64,000 nucleotides of DNA from Nanobdellota archaeon (GCA_018819345.1 JAHJQG010000064.1:33-64032), one strand, 5' to 3'. Positions 46,598 through 56,767 are shown, counted from the stretch's first letter. Translations and numbers: made by a program. Notes: generated by a model from the sequence alone, not told the origin.

Positions 46598-47656
46598 TTA
46601 GTAATCTCTTTTGATTATGTAATCTGCTATTTTCAGAAAGAAATCCTTTCCATGTTTTTCAAAATCAGAATTTTTTATTACATTTTTTGCTTTTTTCACT
46701 AATTTTTCTGCAAGGTGTTGTGAATAATCCAGAGAACTTGTTTGTTTTACTATTTCCCTTATCTTCATCATTTCTTCTTTGGTTATATTTTTATTTCCCA
46801 AGGCATTTCTTATAAACTCTTTTTGTTCCTTATCTGAATTTTCTATTGTCTTTAAAATGAGAAGTGTTTTTTTGCCCTCTTTTATATCAGAGTCAGCAGG
46901 TTTTCCTAACTTAACTTCTGATCCAAACATTCCTAAGATATCATCCTTTATCTGGAATGCCTGCCCTAATGGAATTGCATAATTTGTTAGTGTTTTTAGC
47001 TGCTCATCTGATGCTCCTGCAGCTATTGCACCCATGTGCAAAGGCCCTTCTATTGTATAGATAGCTGTTTTTAATTTGTGCATTTTTGATATATCCTCTT
47101 CTGTCACATCAGTTCTTAGGCTGGAAAAAACATCAACTATCTCACCATAGCAAGTTAGCTTTACAACCTTATTGAACTTTTGCAATAGCTTTATCTTTTT
47201 TTCTTCATCAAAATCTGATTTAAATATTATTTCATTTCCAAGGGATGCCAGAATATCACCTGCTATTATTGCCATGCTTTCCCCAAATTTCTTTGGATTA
47301 TCATAGCTCTTGTATTTTTTTGCATATATTCTATGCATGGTTGGGCCACCCCTTCTTAATTCATCATCATCAATTATGTCATCATGAATTAGGAGGAATG
47401 AATTCATTAACTCTGCTGACACAGCAATATCAATTATTGCATTTTCATTTTTTCCTCCAAGAGATTTATAGGCCATTATGATTAATATTGACCTTATTCT
47501 TTTTCCTCCCCTAAGGTTAAACTCCTTTATGTACTGCATTATTTCTCTTGAAGAATTAGATATTTTTTCTGCTTCAGCAATTTTTTCATCAAGGAAATTT
47601 CTCAGCCTAAGTTCTATTTTTTCTTTATATAACTTTAATATCTTGTCTATAGCCAT
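46598..47656 (-). CDS. trans-Polyprenyl (GGPP-type) synthase
   Basis: GGKRIR, LIHDDIIDDDELRRG, KTA, FQIKDD, DIKEGKKT; start MAIDK at 47656. Confidence 0.92.
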   Translation of the reverse strand: MAIDKILKLYKEKIELRLRNFLDEKIAEAEKISNSSREIMQYIKEFNLRGGKRIRSILIIMAYKSLGGKNENAIIDIAVSAELMNSFLLIHDDIIDDDELRRGGPTMHRIYAKKYKSYDNPKKFGESMAIIAGDILASLGNEIIFKSDFDEEKKIKLLQKFNKVVKLTCYGEIVDVFSSLRTDVTEEDISKMHKLKTAIYTIEGPLHMGAIAAGASDEQLKTLTNYAIPLGQAFQIKDDILGMFGSEVKLGKPADSDIKEGKKTLLILKTIENSDKEQKEFIRNALGNKNITKEEMMKIREIVKQTSSLDYSQHLAEKLVKKAKNVIKNSDFEKHGKDFFLKIADYIIKRDY

Positions 47657-47672
47657 TTTAATCTTGAGAAGT

Positions 47673-48224
47673 TTATTCTTTAAATATCTGTGCCTGAAAT
47701 TTGTAAATCTGGTTGTTTGTATTTTTCCACGCATCCTGCTTTAGCCAGGCCTTTTCGCACAAATGCCCAAGAAATTCCTTAACATCCCACTTGTATTCTG
47801 TTGCAACCTGCGGAAGTAAAAGCCCAGAACCAAGGCTTGACCTTATTATAAGACCATCCTTTCCAATCTTTATCTTCTTAAAGTAATCTTCAGGTTTTTT
47901 TACCTCAATTAATGTTGGAACAGTAAGAACAGATATCTCAATTCTTATATCCTTTAACTCCTCTTTCTGCAATGGTGGAAATCTTGGATCCTCAAAAGCA
48001 GCTGACCTTGCTGATTTTATTATTGCTTCAAATAAGGGAAATACAGGCTCTGGGAAGCCAATACAGCCCCTTAATTGCTTATTTTTATATAAAGTTACAA
48101 ACACCCCCTGCCTGTCAGAAAAATGTTTTACAGTGCTTATATTAGGCTCATTTTGTAAGAAATATGAAGAAATAGATTCTCTTGCCAGTTTTATCAATAA
48201 TTTGCCATCTGATGGCTTAATCAT
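47673..48224 (-). CDS. AMMECR1-domain protein (AmmeMemoRadiSam protein A)
   Basis: GVFVTL..LRGCIG, AAFEDPRF, EISVL, GLLLPQV. Confidence 0.93.
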   Translation of the reverse strand: MIKPSDGKLLIKLARESISSYFLQNEPNISTVKHFSDRQGVFVTLYKNKQLRGCIGFPEPVFPLFEAIIKSARSAAFEDPRFPPLQKEELKDIRIEISVLTVPTLIEVKKPEDYFKKIKIGKDGLIIRSSLGSGLLLPQVATEYKWDVKEFLGHLCEKAWLKQDAWKNTNNQIYKFQAQIFKE

Positions 48225-48496
48225 TTTAGTGCCCTTTTGGCCTCTTTCCTTAGCTTTTCTGCCTTATCAGCTACTCTTTCAGCAGCACTTTCCAATGCCT
48301 GTTTTGGGCTTTTACCGTCTGTTTCAACAATCATGAAAGGAATCCCTATCAAAGGATGCTTTATATTATATGCTGCTACAGTTACATTCTTATCATTCCA
48401 CAATTCATCTTTTAAAAGGTTGCAGAATGTATTTCCCTCTCCTTTGATTTCAAAACTTATTCTATTTTTCTTTTCCTCAATAACATTTATCTCCAT
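48221..48496 (-). CDS. rpoL: DNA-directed RNA polymerase subunit L (Rpo11)
   Basis: GEGNTFCNLL..EL, AAYNIKHPL. Confidence 0.92.
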   Translation of the reverse strand: MEINVIEEKKNRISFEIKGEGNTFCNLLKDELWNDKNVTVAAYNIKHPLIGIPFMIVETDGKSPKQALESAAERVADKAEKLRKEAKRALK

Positions 48497-48541
48497 AAAA
48501 ACACCTTAAAAACAGGATTTTTGTAATATTTATAAACATTT

Positions 48542-49174
48542 CTATTTAATTTTCTTCATTCTCCAGCATCCAACTTTTATTCTCTGGATTTTCTTCCTGT
48601 GAAAGCTGTATATTGCCTTTATTGGAAAATCAAATTTCCACAAATGAGTAATTTCAAAGCCATAATCTTCTGAGATTTTGTTTACAAAGCCAGCAGTTTC
48701 AAGTTTGTGAAAACTATAAATTACCTTTGCAAGAGAGAATGCCTTTTTTAAAAAGATTTTATCAGCATGCTTTTGTTTTGTTCCAAAAGGAGGGTTTTGT
48801 ACTACTGTATCTACTTTTTTATTAAAATCATCGATATTTTTGTTTAAAAAAACAGCTTTTTTGGATAGTTTTTTTCCTGTTTTCTCCTCTAAAAAACAGA
48901 GATTATCTTTTGCAATCTTAACAGAATCTGAATCAGACTCAACAAAAAAAACCTTTTTTGCCCCCAATAATAAGATACCTAAGCCTAATATACCAGTGCC
49001 GCTTCCAAGGTCAGCTATTGTTTTGTTTTCTATATCTTTTAAGTAATAAGCTTGCCACAAAACATCTGCTGCTATCTCTGAGTCTGTGGTGTATTGCTCT
49101 GCTCTTAGTTTTGGAGTCTCAAAAACCCTTAATTTCGAGAGTAAAACTGCCAGTTTTGATTTTGATTTTATCAT
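48542..49174 (-). CDS. METTL5-like RNA methyltransferase
   Basis: EQYTT, ADLGSGTGIL, QNPPFGT..HAD..FL. Confidence 0.9.
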   Translation of the reverse strand: MIKSKSKLAVLLSKLRVFETPKLRAEQYTTDSEIAADVLWQAYYLKDIENKTIADLGSGTGILGLGILLLGAKKVFFVESDSDSVKIAKDNLCFLEEKTGKKLSKKAVFLNKNIDDFNKKVDTVVQNPPFGTKQKHADKIFLKKAFSLAKVIYSFHKLETAGFVNKISEDYGFEITHLWKFDFPIKAIYSFHRKKIQRIKVGCWRMKKIK

Positions 49175-49280
49175 AACCTACCACTTTTTATGGTTTAGTA
49201 GCAAAGGTTTATATTTGTTTTCAAAATTTGTTATTTTTAGAAAAGTTTTTAAGTAAGCTAGAAAACATAGTTAATCCGGG

Positions 49281-49856
49281 GTGATATGGATTAAGTTTAG
49301 TTTATTCAATGGAAAAAAGAGTAATGGTTCCAAAGAACTTCTTACAATTAATAAAAAGCTTAAAAATGCCTTCAATACAATAAAAGAGGAATTTGAGGAG
49401 CATTTAGGTTCTATTAATGAAAATACTAGCGAGATTCAGGCTAATTATGAGTATTTATGCAATATTGATTCAAAAATTGATAAACTGAATGAAAAAATAG
49501 ATGATTTACAGCTTTTTATAAATCGCCTTGCTGTAAAGGATTATAAAAAACATAATGAAAAACAGGTTTATAACCATATTCTCCTTACAACAAAGGAGAA
49601 GGAAGTATTCCTTGCACTTTACACAATGGCTGAGGAAAAAGGGCCAATAACATATAAGGCTATTTCAAGAAGGATTGGCCTAACAGAATTTATGGTTAGA
49701 GATTATGTAACAAACCTCATAGAGAAAGGGATTCCAATTATAAAGAAATATGTTAATCAGGAAGTTTATCTTGATATTGACCAAAAGTTTAGGCATATGC
49801 AGGCAAAGGAAAATTTAGTTGAGATTAATGAGAGTATGGCTAAGAGGTTTGTTTAA
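49281..49856 (+). CDS. Coiled-coil plus C-terminal wHTH protein
   Basis: Coiled-coil N-half; LTTKEKEVFLALY...YKAISRRIGLTEFMVRDYVTNLIEKGIPI; start may be ATT 49290. Confidence 0.75.
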   Translation: MIWIKFSLFNGKKSNGSKELLTINKKLKNAFNTIKEEFEEHLGSINENTSEIQANYEYLCNIDSKIDKLNEKIDDLQLFINRLAVKDYKKHNEKQVYNHILLTTKEKEVFLALYTMAEEKGPITYKAISRRIGLTEFMVRDYVTNLIEKGIPIIKKYVNQEVYLDIDQKFRHMQAKENLVEINESMAKRFV

Positions 49857-49955
49857 TTTGAGGATTTAATATTTAATTATTAATTAAAATATTTAATCAT
49901 AATTAAGATTATAAGTTTTAAGTATTGATTATAAGTTCTTATAATAAATTAGATA

Positions 49956-49985
49956 AAAATATTTAATCTTTGATTAAAAGTTTTA
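49956..49985. repeat. 30-bp direct repeat, copy 1 (copy 2 at 51606-51635)
   Basis: AAAATATTTAATCTTTGATTAAAAGTTTTA vs AAAATATTTAACTTTTGATTAAAAGTTTTA, 28/30 identical, palindromic core. Confidence 0.6.
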
Positions 49986-50798
49986 TTATATATCAAAAGG
50001 GCTTGTTACTTTTTTTAGTTGAGCCCTTGATACCTTTGTATATCTCTCAGTAGTCTGTATGTTTGAATGACCCAAAAGCTCCTGGATAATCCTTATATCT
50101 GTTCCATTTTCAAGCAAGTGTGTTGCAAAAGAGCTTCTTAATGCATGGCAAAACACTCTTTTTTGTATTCCTGCTTTTTTTGCTGCATCATGTACTATCT
50201 TTTGCGCCTGCCTTACACTTATATGTGTATCCCTAACAAGAAAAACATATGGATTATCATCATTTCTGTTAGCAAGATAATCTGTTAAATGGCTAACTAA
50301 TTTCCTTGAAAGTATTATATTCCTGTCTTTTTTGCCTTTTCCGCTCTTAATTAACCCCATTTTTTCCTGCAAATTAAGATCTTCTGTCTTAATGCTAACA
50401 CACTCTGAAACCCTTAATCCAGACGAGTACATAAGTTCTATCAAAAGCTTATGCTTTAGGTTTTTAATTGCTTTTATCATCCTTTCAATTTCATCCTTTG
50501 TAAGCACAGTAGGCAGCTTTTTCTCATTTTTTGGTGCTTTTATATTATCAAATATCCTTTTTTTCATGATTTCCTGATACATGAACTTTAAGGCACTTAG
50601 AACAAGATTAACAGAACTTGGCTTTTGCTTTTTCTCAGCCATAAGGTAAGCCATGTAAGATTTTACATCATCTTCACTAATTTCATTTGGCTCTTTTTTA
50701 ACAAAATCAAGAAATCTCTGATTATGGAAAACATAAGCTTTAATGGTTTTTTCACTAAAACCTCTTATTTGTAATTCAGTCTTAAGTTTTTCAATCAA
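49986..50798 (-). CDS. xerA: Tyrosine recombinase XerA/XerD-like
   Basis: SGLRVSE, GKGKKDR, HALRSSFATHLL, IQELLGH, TTERY. Confidence 0.9.
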   Translation of the reverse strand: MIEKLKTELQIRGFSEKTIKAYVFHNQRFLDFVKKEPNEISEDDVKSYMAYLMAEKKQKPSSVNLVLSALKFMYQEIMKKRIFDNIKAPKNEKKLPTVLTKDEIERMIKAIKNLKHKLLIELMYSSGLRVSECVSIKTEDLNLQEKMGLIKSGKGKKDRNIILSRKLVSHLTDYLANRNDDNPYVFLVRDTHISVRQAQKIVHDAAKKAGIQKRVFCHALRSSFATHLLENGTDIRIIQELLGHSNIQTTERYTKVSRAQLKKVTSPFDI

Positions 50799-50909
50799 TT
50801 TAATACCTCTTTTTAACCTGCTTTGGATACCTTATTTTGTCCAAAAAGCCAGGGTTTTTGTTGGAAATATGCCTCCGGAAGAGTATTTTATTCAGTTTAT
50901 ATATAAAAA

Positions 50910-50937
50910 AATACACATAATGTACCTTATACGCACT
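50910..50937. other. dif-like Xer recombination site (11-6-11)
   Basis: AATACACATAA-TGTACC-TTATACGCACT; the right arm read on the other strand (AGTGCGTATAA) resembles the E. coli XerC arm GGTGCGCATAA; about 110 bp upstream of xerA. Confidence 0.6.
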
Positions 50938-51009
50938 TTTATATAAATCTTTCTAGAAAAAGCATGATTTTAATAATTAAATAAATAACAAAGAAATTAA
51001 TAGGAAAAC

Positions 51010-51450
51010 CTACAGCTTTTTATTATAACTACCCAAAAGATCCTTAACCTGGTCTGTTATTTTAATACTTGGTCTATCAGGGTATTTATCTTTGCTTCTT
51101 ACATATACATCAATACCTTCTTGTTTGGGTCTATCAGTTAGATATATTAAAGATAAAATAAATCTAAGTTGTTTAGCGCTTTCGTCATCTAACTGAGGTG
51201 TTATCAACATCAAGTCCATATCTGAATCAACTTTATTAAGTCTAGCTCCACTTCCAACTACATAAGCTTCATCGATTTTGTAATTTTTTGAGTTATTGTC
51301 ACTTATCCTTGCTTGCCTTTTAGCTATATCAACATAAGCAGCAAGAACATTTTCTAGCCCTGTCCTCACTCTATTGGTGATTTTATTGTTTTTTTCAAAA
51401 ATGGGCATCATATATTCATAAGTTTTTGGAGTTTTATAATCCAGTTTCAT
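51010..51450 (-). CDS. Minimal nucleotidyltransferase (pol-beta superfamily)
   Basis: YVVGSGAR...DSDMDL...IDVYV. Confidence 0.75.
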   Translation of the reverse strand: MKLDYKTPKTYEYMMPIFEKNNKITNRVRTGLENVLAAYVDIAKRQARISDNNSKNYKIDEAYVVGSGARLNKVDSDMDLMLITPQLDDESAKQLRFILSLIYLTDRPKQEGIDVYVRSKDKYPDRPSIKITDQVKDLLGSYNKKL

Positions 51451-51605
51451 TTTAACATATTATTTTATTTTGTATATTAAGTTAATAGATTTATTAGTAT
51501 ATAAAGTTTTCTATTATGTCATTACTAATTAGTAACATATGATACCCTAATTTTAGTATCCAATAATATAATTTTTAATTAAATCATTTAATTCTGCAAT
51601 ATGAT

Positions 51606-51635
51606 AAAATATTTAACTTTTGATTAAAAGTTTTA
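51606..51635. repeat. 30-bp direct repeat, copy 2
   Basis: Matches 49956-49985; a weaker copy lies at 51657-51680. Confidence 0.6.
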
Positions 51636-51999
51636 GTTGTTTAATTAAATAAAAGGTTTAATCTTTAATTAAAACTTTTAATTGTATTGATATACTACAA
51701 AATGTCCTTTAGGTAATAGTTTTATTAAAAGATATTATCCAATATAACCTTTTTAATTTATATTTTATAGAATATAATTAATTTTAGAAATTTTAAAAAA
51801 CCAAAAAATAAAACAAAAAGTGAGAGTTAGGATAAATGCTCAAAAATTGGATAATTCTAAAAATCTTTAAAAACAAATATATAAAGAAAAATAAGGCATA
51901 AAAAGAGTTGAAAAATTAGATAAAAGAGATAAAATCAAGTCAGATACAAAAGAAATATCAAAAAAGCCCCATATAAAATAAAAAAGTGAGTGTTGAAAC

Positions 52000-52380
52000 T
52001 CATAAACTAATTTTTGGACTCACTCCAATATCATTTATTGTATAAAAAAGCCTAATTTTTGTCCTATGATAATTAATCTTAATCATTGTATCTGTTACAT
52101 ATGCTGCATATTTAAGTTTATCGTCTATAGTTTTATCTTCATTTTCATAAATTTTAGCTTTCATCTCTCTAATTTTATCTAATGATAAAATATAACTTGT
52201 TGTATTAACGCTCTTTAATAAAAGACTGATATCTTTATATTTCTTATGGTGGTGTCGTTCTGCTGATTTATCTATAGCAAAAACATCTATAGGATGATAT
52301 TCTTTTAAAACTTGAACTATTTGCCTCAAAGCTCTCCTATCTCTTCGTTTTAGATTTTTGTAAAAAGTTTTAGCATCCAT
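52000..52380 (-). CDS. Hypothetical protein, possibly degenerate nucleotidyltransferase fold
   Basis: IDVFAIDKSA...YKDISLL loosely recalls the NTase G-S/DxD region without catalytic residues. Confidence 0.45.
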   Translation of the reverse strand: MDAKTFYKNLKRRDRRALRQIVQVLKEYHPIDVFAIDKSAERHHHKKYKDISLLLKSVNTTSYILSLDKIREMKAKIYENEDKTIDDKLKYAAYVTDTMIKINYHRTKIRLFYTINDIGVSPKISL

Positions 52381-52538
52381 GTTTACATGCACTCCATTAA
52401 TTATAATGGTAGTATTCAAGGCATATATAAACTTTTTGTTTTGTTACTACTTATAGATTAATATTTAGTAACAATTCCTTTATTAGTCACCCTCAAAGTT
52501 AATAGAATAGTAAAAAGAAATAAAAAATCTAAAGGAGT

Positions 52539-53249
52539 TTAACCAACATAACTCAATGCCTTTTTCTCTCTGTTTTCAATTGATGTTTTGCTCTGCTGGA
52601 GAAGTTCCTTTAGCTTATCCTCAAACTGTTTTGCTGTTTCGAGCAAAGGCTTATAGTCAACTTTTAAGTTGAGGTACTTATCTAAAATCTTGATTATCTC
52701 AGCAGCTGCCTTGCTATCTGGCAGAGTAGTGTGTGTCTCAGCAAATATACAGGACATGGGTATTTTATCCACCTTTAACAACAGGGCTGAACTAACTCCC
52801 ATGATAATTCCCTCTTTGAGAGGATTTAGTCCAAAGCTCCTGAATATTTTCTCTTTTTTCTCATCATTGGAATAATAAAAAATCTTTGGTTTTCCCATTA
52901 TATCTGGAGAGCTAACACTCTCTAAACTTATTATCTCTTTTGTATTCAGTTCTTTTGCTATGGCAATTATTATATCAGATATCTTCCATTCTAAGCCAGG
53001 TTTTACAGTTAGAGAGTGTATTATCACAAGGTTATATTTTTTATTGTATGAAATAGATAATGGCTCTATAATCTTGCCCTTGTGTATTGCCACCATTGCT
53101 GGTTCTTCTTCAAGCAAAACCTTTCCTATAAGCTCTGTATTAAGATGATCTATCAAGAATTCACATGCTATTGTGCCCACAAGCCCAAAGCCAGGAAAAC
53201 CCTCAATAATCACAGGCTTTTTTGGCTTTTTTATGAGTTTAATCTTCAT
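52539..53249 (-). CDS. Proteasome assembly chaperone (PAC2 family)
   Basis: IEGFPGFGLVGTIA..FLIDHL, PDSKAAA, C-terminal SYVG. Confidence 0.9.
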   Translation of the reverse strand: MKIKLIKKPKKPVIIEGFPGFGLVGTIACEFLIDHLNTELIGKVLLEEEPAMVAIHKGKIIEPLSISYNKKYNLVIIHSLTVKPGLEWKISDIIIAIAKELNTKEIISLESVSSPDIMGKPKIFYYSNDEKKEKIFRSFGLNPLKEGIIMGVSSALLLKVDKIPMSCIFAETHTTLPDSKAAAEIIKILDKYLNLKVDYKPLLETAKQFEDKLKELLQQSKTSIENREKKALSYVG

Positions 53250-53349
53250 TATAACACCTCTTAACAAAACGCTTTTTTATTTCTTTATATAGTTTTTGGT
53301 TAGAACAAGATGGCTATGTTTAATAATATTGTTATCACCAAAATTACAG

Positions 53350-53466
53350 TTATTCTATATAGGTTATAAGCCCGCAGTCATTGCAGACTAGTTCTTTTGT
53401 TTTCTTGTTATATTTCACTTTATTGCTTCCACATTCCGGACATTTATTTGGAATCTTTTTAGTCAT
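53350..53466 (-). CDS. 38-aa TFIIB-type zinc-ribbon protein (below the ORF-track cutoff)
   Basis: Translated by hand: MTKKIPNKCPECGSNKVKYNKKTKELVCNDCGLITYIE. Confidence 0.75.
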   Translation of the reverse strand: MTKKIPNKCPECGSNKVKYNKKTKELVCNDCGLITYIE

Positions 53467-53511
53467 ATCTTAAAAATAAAAATCAAACTTTAAAAAATTT
53501 TCTAAAAAATG

Positions 53512-55374
53512 TTACTTCTTTAAGATGATTTTAAGAATATCTTCCTTGCCCTTCCAGTTAAGAACCTCTTTCAAGACATCGCTAATTGTCTCAACAGGGA
53601 TTATCTTAATCTTGGATATCTTTTCAGGATCAATTATTATATCCTTTAAATTAGCCTTTGGCACAATTACATTTTTTATGCCAGCCTCAATAGCTGCCTC
53701 TACTTTTGAGCTTACTCCTCCAACAGGAAGGACCTCTCCTCTTACAGACAATGAGCCAGTCATTGCAAAGTTTTGTTTTACAGGAATATCCTTAAATGCA
53801 GAGATTATTGATGTTGCAACAGCTATGCTTGCTGAATCGCCCTCAACACCCTCATAGGTCTGCATGAACTGCACATAAAGATCATATTTTTCCTTTATGT
53901 CTTCTCCAAAATACTTTTTGATAATAGCTGAAACATTTTTTATTGATTCCTTTGCTATCTTTCCAAGCTGTCCAGTTGCAATTATTTCTGTTTCCTTGCC
54001 ACCAGGTGTTACCTGTGATTCTATTGGAAGTATAATACCTGAATATGCCTCAGAGCCACCTATGACTGCAAGACCATTAACCCTGCCAATCTTGTTTCCT
54101 TTTGTTACAATAACTTCATACTCCTTTTTCTCTTCAATATATTTGTCAGCTATCTGCTGCTCAAGGGTTCTTGCTATTTTTTTTGCATTACTAACATGAT
54201 TTTTCATAACAAATTCTGCATTCTGTTCTTTTGCAATATCTCCTGCTGCCCTTATTAAGCCGCCAAGCTCTCTAAGCCTTAAGGTTAGATGGCCTTTTCT
54301 GTTAGCCATCTTCCTTGCTTCTTCTATAATAGCATCAACAGCCTCTTTGCTGAAATGAGGTATTTTTTTGTCTTTTACAATCTCCTGGGCAACAAAGATA
54401 GCTATCTTATTTCTGTTTTCAGGAGTATCTTTCATAGTTCCCTTCATATAAACCTCATATCCATAGCCCCTTATCCTTGACCTTAGGGCAGGATGCATAT
54501 GCTTGACTGTTTCAAGATTACCAGCAGCAATCAGGATAAAGTTGCATGGAACTGCTTCTGTCCTTACCATTGCACCAGCACTTCTCTCGCTTTGGCCTGT
54601 TATTGCATATTTGCCTTCCTGCAATGAGGTTAATAATTCCTGCTGTGTTGCTGGCTGCAGGGTTGCAATTTCATCAACAAAGAGAACACCCATATTTGCC
54701 TTGTGAATCATTCCTGCAACAACTCTCTCATGGGCAGGTGTTCCTAAACCACCAGACTGGAATGGATCATGCAGAACATCACCCAATAAAGCGCCTGCAT
54801 GAGCACCAGTTGCATCAAGAAACGGTGCCTGCTTTTTATTAAAATTATCAACAATAGTCTTTGGCACACTTACTTTTGGATTCATTTTTTTGCCAAGGTT
54901 CATAAATATAATAAAAGATGCAAGGAACAGCATGCCTCCTAAGAAAAAGGCTGCAAACATTATGTCTGATTTATATTGTGCCCTTACCCACCAGGGTGCA
55001 AACATTGAGATAATAACAAGAATAAAGATTATAATATTCTGGTTCTTGAAAAGATTTGTACTCTCAATTCTTGATTTCATTACAAATTCACGGCCTTTGC
55101 CAGCGGGCATTACTCTTACCAATGGCTGGTTCTCATCATTCAAATTAGGAAATGAAACAACATCAACAAGTTTTTCCTTTGGCAATAGCTCTGCAAGTGC
55201 CATGCCAAGCATTGATTTTCCTGTTCCTGGCTCTCCTATCAAAAGGACATGTCTTCTTTGATTAGCAGACTTCCTCATAACATTAACAGCTTCCTCCTGG
55301 CCAACAACCTGGCCTATTATCTTATCAGAAATCTTTATGTCTTTTGTAGTTTTAAAGCTCACTTCTTTTGCCAT
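53512..55374 (-). CDS. lonB: Archaeal membrane-anchored Lon protease
   Basis: GEPGTGKS, two TM insert, LFVDEI, VEGDSAS catalytic Ser, [13 protein letters not shown]. Confidence 0.96.
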   Translation of the reverse strand: MAKEVSFKTTKDIKISDKIIGQVVGQEEAVNVMRKSANQRRHVLLIGEPGTGKSMLGMALAELLPKEKLVDVVSFPNLNDENQPLVRVMPAGKGREFVMKSRIESTNLFKNQNIIIFILVIISMFAPWWVRAQYKSDIMFAAFFLGGMLFLASFIIFMNLGKKMNPKVSVPKTIVDNFNKKQAPFLDATGAHAGALLGDVLHDPFQSGGLGTPAHERVVAGMIHKANMGVLFVDEIATLQPATQQELLTSLQEGKYAITGQSERSAGAMVRTEAVPCNFILIAAGNLETVKHMHPALRSRIRGYGYEVYMKGTMKDTPENRNKIAIFVAQEIVKDKKIPHFSKEAVDAIIEEARKMANRKGHLTLRLRELGGLIRAAGDIAKEQNAEFVMKNHVSNAKKIARTLEQQIADKYIEEKKEYEVIVTKGNKIGRVNGLAVIGGSEAYSGIILPIESQVTPGGKETEIIATGQLGKIAKESIKNVSAIIKKYFGEDIKEKYDLYVQFMQTYEGVEGDSASIAVATSIISAFKDIPVKQNFAMTGSLSVRGEVLPVGGVSSKVEAAIEAGIKNVIVPKANLKDIIIDPEKISKIKIIPVETISDVLKEVLNWKGKEDILKIILKK

Positions 55375-55469
55375 ATTTATCCAGAATATCAACATAATAT
55401 AAAAAGGTTTTCAATTAAAAAAGAAAATTTTATAAACATTAGAATATAATTGTTAAAAAAGGTGATTAA

Positions 55470-55787
55470 ATGAAGCTTAAGGTAGGGAAAAAACTTATAC
55501 CTGTTTTTGAAAAAAAGAAAGCAGCACCAGTACAAAGACCTAATTTCTCAGGAACAAATTCTGGTTTCCAAAGGCCAACACCTGGTTTTCCAGTACATCA
55601 ACCAATGGGACAGAGGCCCGTATTTAAGCCAGGGCCATCAATTTATCCAGGAGTCAGTGGAATTAAAAAAGAGAAATCAAAAGATATTACCAAGATTATA
55701 GCCAATCTTCCAAGAGATGAGCTCACTGCTTATGTTTCTATTATACTGGGCTTAATCTTTATCTTTATTGCTGTGATTATTTGGTAA
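55470..55787 (+). CDS. Small Pro-rich protein with C-terminal TM
   Basis: SD AGGTGA; hydrophobic C-terminus. Confidence 0.65.
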   Translation: MKLKVGKKLIPVFEKKKAAPVQRPNFSGTNSGFQRPTPGFPVHQPMGQRPVFKPGPSIYPGVSGIKKEKSKDITKIIANLPRDELTAYVSIILGLIFIFIAVIIW

Positions 55788-56705
55788 ATTTTTGAGTAAT
55801 TTTTTCAACTTTTTTTCAAAATAGTCATAGTTTGTAAATTTTTGATTATTAATTGGAATTTCAGACGGATCTCTGCCTGTTGATTTACAGTAAGATTCTA
55901 TTTCAGGTATTGTTTTCATAATTGTCTTAGTTATCTTGCTTAGTCCAGCATATTTAGGTATAGAATAAAGTGTTGAGTGACCTCGGTCAGGTTGCCCATA
56001 TTCTAATGCTACACCATAAAAACCAGGCGTCTTACACAAAGCAATTCTAAGTTCCTTACCCTCATTATTACTTCCTTCTAATACTAAACTATGGTCTGAT
56101 TTTTTGATACTTGTTTTGGTTTTTAAAACATCAAATCGTTTTTTAAACTGTTCAATATATTCATCAAAAATTAATTCATCAGAGACCTTCTTATTCTTTA
56201 AATATTTTAAAAGAGCGCCTGTTTTTGACTTAGTATCTTCAACTTTGCCTTTTGTGTGTAGCTTAATATATATAACTCTTCCAAATTCATCTATAATATC
56301 ATAGCGTGGTTTATTCCTCTTTTTTTTAATAATTATTTTATTAATATCTCTCTCTTGTAATTCAAGAAATGGAAAGATTATTGATTCAAGTAATATTTCC
56401 GGGGTTATTCCCCTGTTTATCATCTTAGGTTTTGAATTTTCACCCCTGTCTTTAAAAGTTGCATATATTCTAGGACAGATATATAATCCACTTAATTTTT
56501 CAATTGGATTCATTGTTGGTTCAGTAAATGGCTTTTCTGATACTATAAAATCTAAGTTAATTTTTGTAAGTTTTGATTCACATTCATTGTAAGGGGCATA
56601 ATATTGTTTTAATATTTTTTTAGAAACATTTTTTATATGGTTCTTGCTTTCTTTTTCCTCTCTTATAAGCTGTTTGAGAGATTTCTTTGTTTTAGTAGGG
56701 GTCAT
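55752..56705 (-). CDS. Hypothetical protein
   Basis: 317-aa ORF with upstream TATA-like element; no motif recognised. Confidence 0.6.
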   Translation of the reverse strand: MTPTKTKKSLKQLIREEKESKNHIKNVSKKILKQYYAPYNECESKLTKINLDFIVSEKPFTEPTMNPIEKLSGLYICPRIYATFKDRGENSKPKMINRGITPEILLESIIFPFLELQERDINKIIIKKKRNKPRYDIIDEFGRVIYIKLHTKGKVEDTKSKTGALLKYLKNKKVSDELIFDEYIEQFKKRFDVLKTKTSIKKSDHSLVLEGSNNEGKELRIALCKTPGFYGVALEYGQPDRGHSTLYSIPKYAGLSKITKTIMKTIPEIESYCKSTGRDPSEIPINNQKFTNYDYFEKKLKKLLKNLPNNHSNKDKD

Positions 56706-56767
56706 TTTACATCATCTTATTAATTTAGTTATTTATTAGTGGTAACTATTATATAAATCTTTTGTTT

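Noticed and set aside
49986-50798. Integron integrase
   Set aside because: No IntI-specific insertion visible before the HxLR box and no attC-like cassette array adjacent; fits XerA
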